DNA of 64,000 nt from Leptospiraceae bacterium (GCA_040217195.1 JAVJNR010000009.1:160001-224000); one strand, 5' to 3'; counted from the stretch's first letter, positions 52,110 to 62,753 are shown. Numbers and translations: made by a program. Notes: generated by a model from the letters alone, not told the origin.

Positions 52110-53480
52110 TTGATACAGCAAACAGATACAAGCAATGCCATCTATGATCCCACAGATGTAAAATACTGGGACCCTCAGTCCTTGCAGGCTGAGCTAGAAC
52201 GTTCTTTTGATATATGTAATGGATGTCGGATGTGTTTTAAATACTGTCCGAGTTTTCCCACTCTGTTCAGCTTCATGGATGGCTATGCAGACGGGGATGT
52301 GAAGCAGATCAAGAAAGCCGACCAGAATCAGGTCATCGATGAATGCTATCATTGCAAAATCTGCTACGTTGCCTGTCCTTATACAGATAAGGATGATCAT
52401 GCCTTTAATTTGAATTATCCTGCATTGATGCAGCGAGCTGTAATAGTGAGGGCCAAAAAGCAGGGAGTGCCCATTCGTCGCAAGATGCTGCAGAATGCGG
52501 ATCTTCTGGGAAAGGTAAATACTGGTCTGATTTCCCGGTTGGCCAATAAGGCTCTGGCCAGCAATTTTCACCGGGCCATAGCGCAGACGATTGTAGGAAT
52601 CCATAAAGAAAAGAAACTGCCAGATTTCCATCGTACCAGCTTCCACAGATGGTTCCATCTGCGAAAGAAGCGCATGGAGAAGGATGGCCGTTCTCTGGAA
52701 GTGGATCCGGCCAACAAAGTTGTGCTATTCTCTACCTGTTTTGTGAACTACAACAATCCGCAGGTGGGCAAAGATGCTGTGGAAGTACTGGAGCGGCATA
52801 AGTGTGAAATTCAATGTCCTTCCCAGAACTGCTGCGGAATGCCCGGGCTGGAAAGCGGAGATCTAAAATGGGTTCGTAAGAAGATGCGCGCCAATCTGAA
52901 ATCTCTCTATCCTTTTGCCGAGCAGGGATACCGTATTCTGGCGATCAATCCTACCTGTTCTTTGACTCTAAAAGAGGAGTATCCCAACTTCCTGGAAGGA
53001 GAAGAAAGGGAGAAAGCAAAGCTTATTTCAAAGCAAACCAGAGATCTTCATGAATTCCTTTTTGAACTTAAACGAGAGGAGAAATTTGATCGGAACTTCA
53101 AGAGCTCTCCCGAATCGGTGGCCTATCATGTGCCCTGCCATTTAAGAGCTCAGCACATTGGCTTTCGTAGTCGGGATTTGATGAAGTTAATTCCTGGAAA
53201 CAAAATAGGGCTGGTTTCAGAATGCTGCAGCCATGACGGAACCTGGGCCATGCGAAAGGAATACTTTGAACTAAGTATGAAGCAGGGCAAGAAGGCCTTT
53301 GATGAACTGAAAGAGCAGCAGGCCAACGTAGTCACTACAGACTGCCCTCTGGCTGCCATTCAGCTGGAGCAGGGAATGGAGCTTGATGAAAGGCCAATGC
53401 ATCCGGTGCAAATTCTAAATCGGGCCTACAAATCTCCGGATGAAGGCGGTTTTCCCAGCGCCGTTTTGGAGAGTGAGTAA
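52110..53480 (+). CDS. Fe-S oxidoreductase (GlpC/CCG-domain)
   Basis: CNGCRMCFKYC, CYHCKICYVAC, CCGMP, HVPCH. Confidence 0.9.
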   Translation: MIQQTDTSNAIYDPTDVKYWDPQSLQAELERSFDICNGCRMCFKYCPSFPTLFSFMDGYADGDVKQIKKADQNQVIDECYHCKICYVACPYTDKDDHAFNLNYPALMQRAVIVRAKKQGVPIRRKMLQNADLLGKVNTGLISRLANKALASNFHRAIAQTIVGIHKEKKLPDFHRTSFHRWFHLRKKRMEKDGRSLEVDPANKVVLFSTCFVNYNNPQVGKDAVEVLERHKCEIQCPSQNCCGMPGLESGDLKWVRKKMRANLKSLYPFAEQGYRILAINPTCSLTLKEEYPNFLEGEEREKAKLISKQTRDLHEFLFELKREEKFDRNFKSSPESVAYHVPCHLRAQHIGFRSRDLMKLIPGNKIGLVSECCSHDGTWAMRKEYFELSMKQGKKAFDELKEQQANVVTTDCPLAAIQLEQGMELDERPMHPVQILNRAYKSPDEGGFPSAVLESE

Positions 53481-53631
53481 TCCATGGGTGGCGTAGGATC
53501 CATCAGGAAGAGTCCTGCAAAACCGACGGACGAAGCAAAACCGATGGCCGAACCATTGAAACTGTATTATTCGAATTAGTACCATACATACCGTGCAGTT
53601 CTATCGCAAAGAACTGGCGGAGGAGGAAACC

Positions 53632-54219
53632 ATGGCAAAGATCCAGCCAGCTGACATTATGCCCCTGGAACAGTATGACAGTGTCCGGGATGAATACAGA
53701 CAGAGAATCTTCGAAATCAAGAAGCATCGTCGCGTCTACGTTGGAGATTACTTGAATTTCCTGTTTGAGAATGCGGATACGATGAAGTATCAGATTCAGG
53801 AAATGGCTCGCGTGGAAGTGATGAAAGATGCGGAAGCCGTAAAGCATGAAATTGAAACCTACAATGAGCTGGTGCCCGATCCAAATGAAATCACGGCCAG
53901 CCTGTTAATTGAAATTGATGATCCTGCCGCCCGGGCATTCAAGTTGAGAGAACTGGTCGGTCTTCAGGACTCAATTAGCCTGCTCATCGACAAGGACTAT
54001 CAGGTGCAGGCGGAATTTGATGACCGTCAGATCACGGATGGAAAAATCTCCTCGGTTCATTATCTGCGTTTCCCTCTGGGGCAGAAAGCAGCGGATGCAT
54101 TCCTGTCCACTTCAGATGTGGAGATTCTGATTACGCATCCTGCCTGCAGTTATCGCCAGGCCATCAATAGAGAACAGTTAGAAGCGATGAAAGAGGATTT
54201 GCAGGCCAGCCGGGCCTGA
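53632..54219 (+). CDS. DUF3501 family protein
   Basis: KKHRRV, FLFEN, YQIQEMAR, EIETYNEL, SSVHYLRF; context rbr plus Fe-S; ATG after GGAGG. Confidence 0.85.
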   Translation: MAKIQPADIMPLEQYDSVRDEYRQRIFEIKKHRRVYVGDYLNFLFENADTMKYQIQEMARVEVMKDAEAVKHEIETYNELVPDPNEITASLLIEIDDPAARAFKLRELVGLQDSISLLIDKDYQVQAEFDDRQITDGKISSVHYLRFPLGQKAADAFLSTSDVEILITHPACSYRQAINREQLEAMKEDLQASRA

Positions 54220-54233
54220 GTTGCCGGTTTTCG

Positions 54234-55898
54234 TTGGACTCCGGATGCTACCAGTCCATTATCCGTCCGATGTCCAGATCCTTCCTTTTCCTGAATAATC
54301 CGGCAGCCGGGGCAACCAGGATGCTTCGGGGAGCCGGCCATAGAATTATCCCGGCCCATAGAATTCGATTCAGGCTAATCCCCCGAAGCAGTAAATTCGT
54401 TCTGAGCGGGATCTGTGTTCTGTTGCTGTCCCTTCTTGTTTTTCCAGCCGCGCATGCAGAGAAAAACTCCGAAGACTTCTCCCGGATTTCAGAGTCAGTG
54501 GTTCAGATCAATGTTGAATCTATTGCCTATTCTTATACGGATCCCTGGCAGTCCCCGCAACTTCAGGGTAGTGGAGGCACAGGCTTTATTATAGAAGGAA
54601 ACCGGATCATGACCAACGCTCATGTCGTGAGTGGAGCTGTGCAGATTCGGATCAAACGTCCCTCCCAGAAGAGAGATTATCCGGCCCGGGTGGCCTTTAT
54701 TGCTCATGATTGCGATCTTGCCATACTGACCGTGGAGGATCCTGACTTTTTTACCGGTTCTCGACCGCTGGAAATTGGAAGCCAACCTGCCTTGAATACT
54801 CCTGTGACGGTACTGGGGTTTCCCATTGGAGGGAATCGTCTTTCCATTACCAGAGGAGTGGTATCCAGAATTGATATGGATGTGTACAGCCACAGTGGCG
54901 TGGATGCACATAGAATTATCCAGGTAGATGCTGCCATAAATCCAGGAAATTCCGGAGGGCCGGCCATCCAGAATGGTAAAGTGATTGGTGTTGCCTTTCA
55001 GGCCATTACTTCCGGGGAAAACCTGGGTTATCTAATCCCTCCTGTGGTGGTGCAGCGTTTCCTGGAGGATGTTAAGGACGGAACGTATGAAGGCTATGTT
55101 GAGTTTGGTGTTCTGGACAGTCCGGTTCAGAATCCGGCCCAGATTCAGGCTCTAGAAATTGCTACCCGTCCATCGCCATTCTTTGGAGTTCAGGTCTATC
55201 GGGTCATTCCGGGTTCTACGGCGGCTGCAGCCCTGAAGCCGGGAGATGTTCTGATTTCCATCAATGGGCATGAAATTACCGGAGAAGGCGATGTTGAAAT
55301 AGAGGGGGCCCTGTATCCCTATCTGGAGCTGGTGGACCATGTATTCGAAGGTGATACCATTGAGATTGAGTACATCCGAAATGGTAAGAAGGGTAAGGTT
55401 TCTCTAGAGTCCAGACGAAGTGATGTGCTAACATTCAAAAGACGGACCTACGGTAAGCCACCGCAGTATCATCTTCTACATGGATATCTGTTTCAACCTC
55501 TGGATGCAAACCTGATGGATGCCATGGGCCGCCAGTGGTCTTCCGAAGGCAGAGTGCAGCTTTTGTATCGCTATCACTATCATTTGTTCCATGGGCTCTA
55601 TAAAGAAGGTAATGTGGATGTGGTTTTGACCAGACGTCTGGCACATCCTGTGAATGCATACGGGGATAGGTATCTGAATCAAATTGTAGAGTCGGTCAAT
55701 GGTAAGAATGTCCTGGATTTTGGGCATTTTTCCAGACTGGTGCAGCAGGGCAGAAAGAAAGGCGATGTAGTTATTCGATTCCGGGACTCAGAGGTGCCTC
55801 TTGTCCTGGATGCGGCTCAGCTGCAAGGGGATGCCGACCAGGACATTGCCAGCCGGTACGGGATTAAGAATCTATTTCACACGGATAAATCTCCATGA
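54234..55898 (+). CDS. HtrA/Deg-type serine protease with PDZ domains (start uncertain)
   Basis: TNAHVV, DCDLA, AAINPGNSGGP catalytic triad. Confidence 0.92.
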   Translation: MDSGCYQSIIRPMSRSFLFLNNPAAGATRMLRGAGHRIIPAHRIRFRLIPRSSKFVLSGICVLLLSLLVFPAAHAEKNSEDFSRISESVVQINVESIAYSYTDPWQSPQLQGSGGTGFIIEGNRIMTNAHVVSGAVQIRIKRPSQKRDYPARVAFIAHDCDLAILTVEDPDFFTGSRPLEIGSQPALNTPVTVLGFPIGGNRLSITRGVVSRIDMDVYSHSGVDAHRIIQVDAAINPGNSGGPAIQNGKVIGVAFQAITSGENLGYLIPPVVVQRFLEDVKDGTYEGYVEFGVLDSPVQNPAQIQALEIATRPSPFFGVQVYRVIPGSTAAAALKPGDVLISINGHEITGEGDVEIEGALYPYLELVDHVFEGDTIEIEYIRNGKKGKVSLESRRSDVLTFKRRTYGKPPQYHLLHGYLFQPLDANLMDAMGRQWSSEGRVQLLYRYHYHLFHGLYKEGNVDVVLTRRLAHPVNAYGDRYLNQIVESVNGKNVLDFGHFSRLVQQGRKKGDVVIRFRDSEVPLVLDAAQLQGDADQDIASRYGIKNLFHTDKSP

Positions 55899-57460
55899 GA
55901 CTTTCTTCATTACATCATACGATTCTGGCATTCTGTATTCTGGGTCTGGCCTTTCTGGGCTGGCCATTGCTGGCGGATAGTCAGGGCGTTTCCTCGTCTG
56001 TTTCAGGATGGTCCTTTACCCAGGATCGCATGCATGCAGGCCTGGTTCGGATTCGGATCAGTACCGTGCAATATAATCCGGCCCGTCCCTGGAGCAAAGA
56101 GGTTGGTCCTACTTTCGATGTGACGGGACTGGTTCGACCGGGGAATCGGATTTTACTGTCTGCGGGCCCGGTGCGGGATGCGGCCAATATTGAAGTTACC
56201 CGACATGGATCGTATAGAAAATACCAGGGCCAGGTCATCCTGATCGACTCCGAAGCCAACCTGGCAATGATTACCGTGGATGATCCGGAGTTTTTCAAAG
56301 GCCTGGAGCCCATCCCATTCTCCAGAGATCCTCTTCTGGGGCAGACCTATCGCGCTGCTCGGATCGACAGTAGCTTCAGTATTGAAAGTACAGATGTTAC
56401 CGTTTCTGAATTATTGCCCGTAGCGGATTACGGCTTTACCCGTCTTCCGGTGGCCATATTCCGCTCCGCGCCCAGATTTGAATCTGGAGGCCTGATACTG
56501 GATGGGGAAGGCATTTCAGGAATGATTGGCTTCGTGGATGGCCAGGACCAGGCAGAGGCCGTTTTTGCCTCCAGACTGCAGCACTTTGAAGGCATGGTGG
56601 ATTCGGTGCAGTCCCTGCCAGTTCAACGAAAAAAAGAGAAGTACACAGGATTTCCGGTGCAGGGATTTTTTTATTCTCCACTGGAGGACCCTTCGCTCAG
56701 AAAGCATTATGGATTGGAAAATTCTCAGGATGGAATTCTAATTACTACGGTTCTGGATGGCTGCTCTGTAACCGGAAAATTGCAATCCGGCGATGTGCTG
56801 ACCCGGGTGGATGGATACTCGGTGAATCCGGCCGGGGACTACAAAGATCCGCAGCTGGGCTGGCAGCCGGTGGATTTGCTATTCGTAAGGGATATAAAAG
56901 GGGCTCTTCGACGGGTTGGCCAGGAACTAAAACTGGAAATTGTGCGAAGCGGAGAAACAAAGAAAATCACAATCAAACTCCAATCGTATAAAGGCGGTGC
57001 AGAGCGTATCGCCTGGACGGAGCCGGAACCGCCGCCTTACGTGGTTCATGAAGGATTGATCTTTGTGGAACTCAGCGTGCCTTTTCTAAAGGAAAGGTTT
57101 GGTGCAGAATGGCAGAACCGGGCCCTGGCTCTGGCCGCTGTATACGATTCCTCTAAATACTATAAACCGGGCGAGACAAAGGATCGAATCCTGGTGCTTT
57201 CCGATGTGCTTCCTGCAGAGTCTACCCGTGGATTTGAACGCCTGGCCGGGGAGCAGTTGATGCGAATTGACGATGAAAAGGCTCAGTCTCTTTTTCAGCT
57301 CAAGAAGGCTCTGGAAAACTCCACCGATTCCATCATCGTACTGGAGTTCAGATCCGGCCGTAAGATCTATGTTCGCACAGGAAAAGGCAATCCTGAGCTT
57401 CGTGCGGACTACGGCATCCAGGAGAAATCCAGAATGCGCAAGACCATTCCAGGAAATTGA
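55895..57460 (+). CDS. HtrA/Deg-like PDZ protein lacking a recognisable catalytic triad
   Basis: Collinear with upstream paralogue but LSAGPV, EANLA and RFESGG replace the H/D/S motifs. Confidence 0.75.
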   Translation: MRLSSLHHTILAFCILGLAFLGWPLLADSQGVSSSVSGWSFTQDRMHAGLVRIRISTVQYNPARPWSKEVGPTFDVTGLVRPGNRILLSAGPVRDAANIEVTRHGSYRKYQGQVILIDSEANLAMITVDDPEFFKGLEPIPFSRDPLLGQTYRAARIDSSFSIESTDVTVSELLPVADYGFTRLPVAIFRSAPRFESGGLILDGEGISGMIGFVDGQDQAEAVFASRLQHFEGMVDSVQSLPVQRKKEKYTGFPVQGFFYSPLEDPSLRKHYGLENSQDGILITTVLDGCSVTGKLQSGDVLTRVDGYSVNPAGDYKDPQLGWQPVDLLFVRDIKGALRRVGQELKLEIVRSGETKKITIKLQSYKGGAERIAWTEPEPPPYVVHEGLIFVELSVPFLKERFGAEWQNRALALAAVYDSSKYYKPGETKDRILVLSDVLPAESTRGFERLAGEQLMRIDDEKAQSLFQLKKALENSTDSIIVLEFRSGRKIYVRTGKGNPELRADYGIQEKSRMRKTIPGN

Positions 57461-57506
57461 GGAAATGACAAAAGAATGACTGGAGGACTGGGCCCGGCGG
57501 AGCGGC

Positions 57507-58319
57507 TTATTCAATGAAATATTTCATCCCAAAGCGGGCTTTGAGATCACTTTCCACCGGCGCCGAGCTGGACTGATCCGGTCGCAGGTCATAGGTATGC
57601 ATGGGCACTTCCAGGGTTGCTTCCAGGATCAGTGAGTTGGTGGAGATTTGAATTCCGGGAGTGAAAAACAGAGTTCCGTATTGAGCGCCAATAATCTGAT
57701 TATCCCGGAAAGGATCAGTGATTTTATGCCTGGATTGTAATCCAAGGAGCACCGAAACGGGAGAGCGTGAACTCAGACCATAGCCCAGGGAAAGTCCAGC
57801 CGAAAGACGCTGGTCCGGATCTTCATCTTCCAGAGCCAGGTCCTGCTCATGGCCCAGGTCAAATAGCAGGCTGAACCGGCTGCTTCGGATTTGAAATAAC
57901 AGGTCCATTTCTCGGGCCCGGGAGCCTGGAATATAGGCACGTCTGGGATCCAGCAAAGTGAGTTCCATGGCTGCTCTGTGATAGAGTCGGCTTTCCCTGA
58001 ATTGTACTGCAAAGCTACCGGAATCATCGCTCATAGATAGATAGCGGTTACTGTTTCGGTAGATAGGGTTCTGCGTGGGCTGAATGTCCCAGAGCTTCAA
58101 ATCTCCCTTTGAGCCGCCCTGAAGTTTATACTCATAAAGGTCTGCTTCCAGGGGCAAAACCAGAGGAACATTGGTGATTCCTGATGGACCGCGAAACAAT
58201 GGATCCATGGCCGGATTCGGCAGGGAAGTGGCAAACCGATCCATGGGTGCCGAAAAAGCGGCTGTATGGGCCAACCCCAGAACCAGGGTAGCCACCGTAT
58301 ATTTCCTGAGCCCGAACAC
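57507..58319 (-). CDS. Exported hypothetical protein, possible outer-membrane beta-barrel
   Basis: Signal peptide, amphipathic strands, C-terminal ARFGMKYF. Confidence 0.6.
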   Translation of the reverse strand: MFGLRKYTVATLVLGLAHTAAFSAPMDRFATSLPNPAMDPLFRGPSGITNVPLVLPLEADLYEYKLQGGSKGDLKLWDIQPTQNPIYRNSNRYLSMSDDSGSFAVQFRESRLYHRAAMELTLLDPRRAYIPGSRAREMDLLFQIRSSRFSLLFDLGHEQDLALEDEDPDQRLSAGLSLGYGLSSRSPVSVLLGLQSRHKITDPFRDNQIIGAQYGTLFFTPGIQISTNSLILEATLEVPMHTYDLRPDQSSSAPVESDLKARFGMKYFIE

Positions 58320-58562
58320 CTGCTTACAGAATCGTGGAGATCTACTTCTTTTTCCAGTCTATTTTAGTTTCCAACACCTGGCAACCTTGTTTGAAGCGTA
58401 CCTTTTTTGCCACTATTTCAGGCCTCCGCTACCGGGGGTTGGTTTTTGCCGGCTCAACTCGGGTACTCTGGCATTTGCTGTTCGGTCCTTCTTTGATGGG
58501 TTTTCCGGCCTTTCCGAAATTTTGATTCTTAGGTCTGGATTCTACTGGAACCTGGAAAGGCA

Positions 58563-59573
58563 GTGGCACCAATGGCGGCCAGAATGATCCCGGAACCATT
58601 ACAGCCATACATACCATACATCGTATTTCTCCCAGGCTTCTTTCTGCTGATAAAGGGGGCGGACTGGCTTGTGGAAGGAGCCAGTTCCATTGCCCGAAGG
58701 CTTCATGTGTCGGACCTGATCATTGGACTTACCATCGTATCCTTTGGTACATCGATGCCCGAACTGGCAGTGAACATCATAGCCAGTTTTGAAGGAAGTG
58801 CGGACCTGGCTGTCTCTAACGTTGTTGGAAGTAACATTGCCAATATCCTCTTAATTCTGGGGATTACAGCCCTGGTTCGGCCGCTGGTAGTTCAATCCAG
58901 CACAGTATGGAAAGAGATCCCGTTTAGTTTCCTGGCTGTACTGGTTCTGTTCGTGGTGGCCAACGATCGACTGCTGGATGGGGCAGAAAGTAATCTACTG
59001 AGCCGCAGCGATGGGCTCACGGTAATGCTATTTTTTGCAATCTTCATGTACTATGTTGTGAATATGGCCATGAAGGGCCAGGCAGATGCCCTTCTGGATG
59101 ATTTACCCGAGGAAACCCTGGGTGTTGGCAAAGCAATTTTCTTTACCATTCTAGGAATGCTTGCTCTTCCTCTGGGCGGGGACTGGATTGTTCAGGGCGC
59201 CGTAACCATCGCCCGGGACCTGGATGTTGGCGAAGATATCATAGGACTATCCATTGTGGCTGTGGGAACCAGCCTTCCTGAGCTGGCAGCATCGGTGGTG
59301 GCTGCGCGAAAAGGGAATTCGGATATTGCTGTAGGCAACGTAGTTGGCAGTAACATATTCAATATCTTCTGGGTACTGGGTCTGAGTATGACCATTCGAC
59401 CAATCCCATTTTCGAAAGCGGCCAATCAGGATCTATTCGCTGTAATCGTGGCCAGTCTGTTTCTTTTTCTGTTTATCTTTGTGGGAAAAAAGCATACCCT
59501 GGAAAGAAGTCAGGGAATTATCTTTTTGCTATTGTATGCCGGTTATCTGTTCTTCCGTGCCCTGACTGGATAA
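58563..59573 (+). CDS. Calcium/sodium antiporter (YrbG-like)
   Basis: Two alpha repeats GTSMPE/GTSLPE and GSNIAN/GSNIFN. Confidence 0.93.
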   Translation: MAPMAARMIPEPLQPYIPYIVFLPGFFLLIKGADWLVEGASSIARRLHVSDLIIGLTIVSFGTSMPELAVNIIASFEGSADLAVSNVVGSNIANILLILGITALVRPLVVQSSTVWKEIPFSFLAVLVLFVVANDRLLDGAESNLLSRSDGLTVMLFFAIFMYYVVNMAMKGQADALLDDLPEETLGVGKAIFFTILGMLALPLGGDWIVQGAVTIARDLDVGEDIIGLSIVAVGTSLPELAASVVAARKGNSDIAVGNVVGSNIFNIFWVLGLSMTIRPIPFSKAANQDLFAVIVASLFLFLFIFVGKKHTLERSQGIIFLLLYAGYLFFRALTG

Positions 59574-59627
59574 GCTTTCTATTCCACTGGACCTGGCGGC
59601 CAGAAGAACCAGATTCATTAGGAGCTC

Positions 59628-60452
59628 TTAAAGAGCGTCGGCCTGTCTGGCCCGACGTTCCAGCTCCTGCATGGCCTGCAGGCCTTCCTCTCCCATGTTC
59701 AGGGAATAGTCGTTAACATACAGGGCTATATGATCCTGAATCGCCTGATCATCCATGGCCTGAGCGTGGCAGCGGATGTATTCCATTCCTTCTGCAGGGG
59801 CATTGTTTGCCTGTTTCAAGCTCTTGCGGATTATTTCTGTGATCTGCTCTTTACTGTTCAGGTGGTCGTTTCGAATGGCGATCAAACCCAGAGGAATGGG
59901 AGACCCTGTAGTTTCTTCCCACCATTGTCCCAGATCCTGTACCAGACCGGCCTGGAAGGAAGGATACGTAAATCGTTCTTCATGGATGATCAGTCCTGCT
60001 TCAAATTCTCCGGCCTTCAATGCTGGAAGGATTCGATCGTAACGTAAAAACTGCAATGGAACTTTCAGGCCCAGGGAATCCAGATACATTCGCAGCATTA
60101 GCGCCGCGGTGGTCTCCATCCCGGGAATGAGTATGGGTTTTTGATTCCGGGCCAGATATTCGAGCAATTCTGCGGAGTTTTTTTCCGAGGCTTCTGTTGT
60201 GCCGGAACTAACCAGCAATGGTCCGCATCCGCGGCCAAGAGCGCCTCCGGCTTCCAGCATGGTGTATTGGTCTTTAAGTTTTAGATAAGCGTAGCAGGAA
60301 AGTTTAGTTAGCTCATAAAGGCCCTGGCTGGCAGCTTCATTCAACTCCTGGATATCCAGATACACCGGCTTAAATCCTGGGTTTTGCTGATGATGAATCA
60401 TCCAGTTAAAAATATAGGTGTCGTTGGGGCAGGGAGAGATTGCTAATTTCAT
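59628..60452 (-). CDS. mqnD: 1,4-dihydroxy-6-naphthoate synthase (futalosine pathway)
   Basis: SPCPNDTYIF, GALGRGCGP, IIHEERF, DLGQWWE, HIALYVN. Confidence 0.93.
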   Translation of the reverse strand: MKLAISPCPNDTYIFNWMIHHQQNPGFKPVYLDIQELNEAASQGLYELTKLSCYAYLKLKDQYTMLEAGGALGRGCGPLLVSSGTTEASEKNSAELLEYLARNQKPILIPGMETTAALMLRMYLDSLGLKVPLQFLRYDRILPALKAGEFEAGLIIHEERFTYPSFQAGLVQDLGQWWEETTGSPIPLGLIAIRNDHLNSKEQITEIIRKSLKQANNAPAEGMEYIRCHAQAMDDQAIQDHIALYVNDYSLNMGEEGLQAMQELERRARQADAL

Positions 60453-60937
60453 TTCTTTCCAGGTATAAAGCCAATCAGTGTGAGCATTATTCCAAAGCAG
60501 GCAATTCCAGCTGCCAGCAGAAATAGAAGCGGATTGTCCTTCTGCGGAGGATTGTCTTTCAGGCGTATATGCGGAACTCCTCTGGAATCAACATAGCGAA
60601 TGGCTTCCAGATTTTCCCCATCTTTATGGAGATAGTACAGATCCACCGACACTTGCTCGGTTACTGTGTAGTTTCTTCCATTATAAAGATAACTGTAAGT
60701 GTAAAAATAGGAGACCTCCGGTGCTGGAAGGAAATCGGGCCCCGCTTCCGGTATCAGTGATTTCTTTTTTCTCTGCAGTCGGCTAAGATAGACGAAGGTT
60801 GTTCTTCCATTCCGCTCAATTTTCTGCTGCAGGCTTTGATCCAGGGAATGTTGCCAGTACAGAATCAATGCCAGGCTGCCAAAGACCATAGTCCAGAGCA
60901 GGCCAGCTATTCGGTACGGAGCGCGGGCCGGACTCAT
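60449..60937 (-). CDS. Two-TM membrane protein (DUF3592-like)
   Basis: TM-beta domain (YTYSYLYNGRNY)-TM; overlaps both neighbours by 4 bp. Confidence 0.6.
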   Translation of the reverse strand: MSPARAPYRIAGLLWTMVFGSLALILYWQHSLDQSLQQKIERNGRTTFVYLSRLQRKKKSLIPEAGPDFLPAPEVSYFYTYSYLYNGRNYTVTEQVSVDLYYLHKDGENLEAIRYVDSRGVPHIRLKDNPPQKDNPLLFLLAAGIACFGIMLTLIGFIPGKK

Positions 60938-61914
60938 ACTCCCTGTGGGCCGGATTTCATGGCTGCAAGATCGAATTCGGCGCTTTCTCGGGCCAGAAAT
61001 ATCCTGGGACTGGAATGCTGAAGCGCCATCCGGTGCTCAATGGCATTCTTGAAGTTTTCAAATACCTTTTCATCGGTGTAAGCTGGCTCATGGTGGGTCA
61101 GTACCAGGTTTTTAACCTTCCAGTGTACGGCACAGTTTACGGCCATGGTGTAGCTGGTATGGCCCCAGTCGAACTTGGAGAACGATTCATCCAGTGTGTA
61201 CTGAGCATCCATAATTAGAAGGTCTGCCTGATGGAAAAAAGCAGCGTCATCCGGTCGGCTCATTAGATCTTCGCCGGTGAACTCTGCATCTGTTGCGAAA
61301 ATGAAGGTTCCGGCCTCTGAACGGAAGCGATAGGCCTGACTTCCGCCCGGGTGCTTCAGTGGATGTGTATCCAGTTGTAGCCCATCCAGTGCAATGGGCT
61401 GACCTTGCTTTAGCTGATGAAAATGCTTGGAGCTCGCTGAATCATGAAATGGCATGGGAAAGAATCGATCTGTGGTTTGATAGGCCATTCGATCTTCCAG
61501 GTCTGGAAGAGGTGAGTATAGATGTAGTTCGTTTCCCGGTATATAGATTGGCTTGAAGAAAGGAAGTCCCTGAATATGATCCCAGTGCGTATGAGTGAAG
61601 AATATATGAATCTTTCCCTGACCTTTGCCCCAGGGCCCGGACATTAGTTCATCGCCCAGAGGACGCAACCCGGTACCGGCATCCAGGATAAATATCTCTC
61701 CAGAATCGGATTCTACGCGAACACAGGTGGTATCGCCGCCCACCACATGGGAAAGATGTCCTGGAAGATGATCCAGAAAGGAAGAGATCTGCTCTTCATT
61801 GGTCAAACCAGAGGCGATGGAACGTCTTAGAATCTCCTCCAGTTTTGATCGATACTCGGTATTCCTCAGTGGTGCCGGCAACGATCCCCTTACTCCATAA
61901 AGCTTGACTTTCAT
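60934..61914 (-). CDS. MBL-fold metallo-hydrolase
   Basis: YGVRGS, LDAGTG, THTHWDHIQG, WGH, THHEP; ATG at 61914. Confidence 0.92.
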   Translation of the reverse strand: MKVKLYGVRGSLPAPLRNTEYRSKLEEILRRSIASGLTNEEQISSFLDHLPGHLSHVVGGDTTCVRVESDSGEIFILDAGTGLRPLGDELMSGPWGKGQGKIHIFFTHTHWDHIQGLPFFKPIYIPGNELHLYSPLPDLEDRMAYQTTDRFFPMPFHDSASSKHFHQLKQGQPIALDGLQLDTHPLKHPGGSQAYRFRSEAGTFIFATDAEFTGEDLMSRPDDAAFFHQADLLIMDAQYTLDESFSKFDWGHTSYTMAVNCAVHWKVKNLVLTHHEPAYTDEKVFENFKNAIEHRMALQHSSPRIFLARESAEFDLAAMKSGPQGV

Positions 61915-62174
61915 TATTCTTGCCTTCGGCTGCCGGACCTGTCCGGAATGTCTTTGTAGATTGGCCGCACAGGAAAGCAGCCTATTTTTCCTTTTTGCTG
62001 CTTTTCGGACAGATCCAGGCATGCAACCCCGTATGCACCACCGTCATAATTTGAAGATGTACCCAGGGCCTGCATCCAGATACGGTTCACAGGTCCCATT
62101 CCGCTTTTGATGCAAAGTGTTTTTTGTTTACCCCGTGGCCGCCTAAAAAAATTTGGTCATGGAGGGTAACAAAT

Positions 62175-62636
62175 ATGAAGGAGACCAGCAAAATGTCATC
62201 AGCCAGTTCTTCCACAGCAACCGTGGATATGGAGTCCCCGGAAGAGAGAGTTCAGCCAGAGGAAGTTCAGCCAGAAGAGCTCACCATGGAGCAGCTTGAG
62301 CAGGTCTTCGATGTGCTTTCTGAAATCACTGATCGTATATCCCTCATGAATAGCGTCTACGAATCCAATCTGGAGCAGGCATTCGATGATCTGAAGCAAT
62401 TCAGTCTTACCGTGCGCCAGTGGTCCGCAGAGCAGATTCCTCAGGAAATTCGCCGATTCTATCTCAGCCATCTCACCTTTCACAGGGAGATCATCGCCGA
62501 TATTATTGCAGAAGCTCGTAGCCTGCTGATGGAAGAGCGACGGGAGTATCTGAAGACTCTGGTACGATATCATAAAGACTACTGTGCCTGGCTGGATACT
62601 ATGGAAAAGGCTTTGAGCCGATCCGCAGCGTCCTGA
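62175..62636 (+). CDS. Hypothetical helical protein
   Basis: GGAGG RBS before ATG 62175; acidic helical sequence. Confidence 0.65.
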   Translation: MKETSKMSSASSSTATVDMESPEERVQPEEVQPEELTMEQLEQVFDVLSEITDRISLMNSVYESNLEQAFDDLKQFSLTVRQWSAEQIPQEIRRFYLSHLTFHREIIADIIAEARSLLMEERREYLKTLVRYHKDYCAWLDTMEKALSRSAAS

Positions 62637-62712
62637 TCGCCTGTCCAGGGATTCCAGGAAGCGAAATTCTTCCTGGTTGCCGGGCATAATCCGGGAACCG
62701 GATAACAACCGC

Positions 62713-62741
62713 TTGACAATGGAATGGTCGGGGGGTATACC
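62713..62741 (+). promoter_or_regulatory. Sigma70 promoter
   Basis: TTGACA-N17-TATACC just upstream of ATG 62754. Confidence 0.5.
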
Positions 62742-62753
62742 CTGAGCATTCCT

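Noticed and set aside
62249..62278. 15-bp tandem repeat encoding VQPEE twice
   Set aside because: Small in-frame duplication in a disordered N-terminus; no wider pattern
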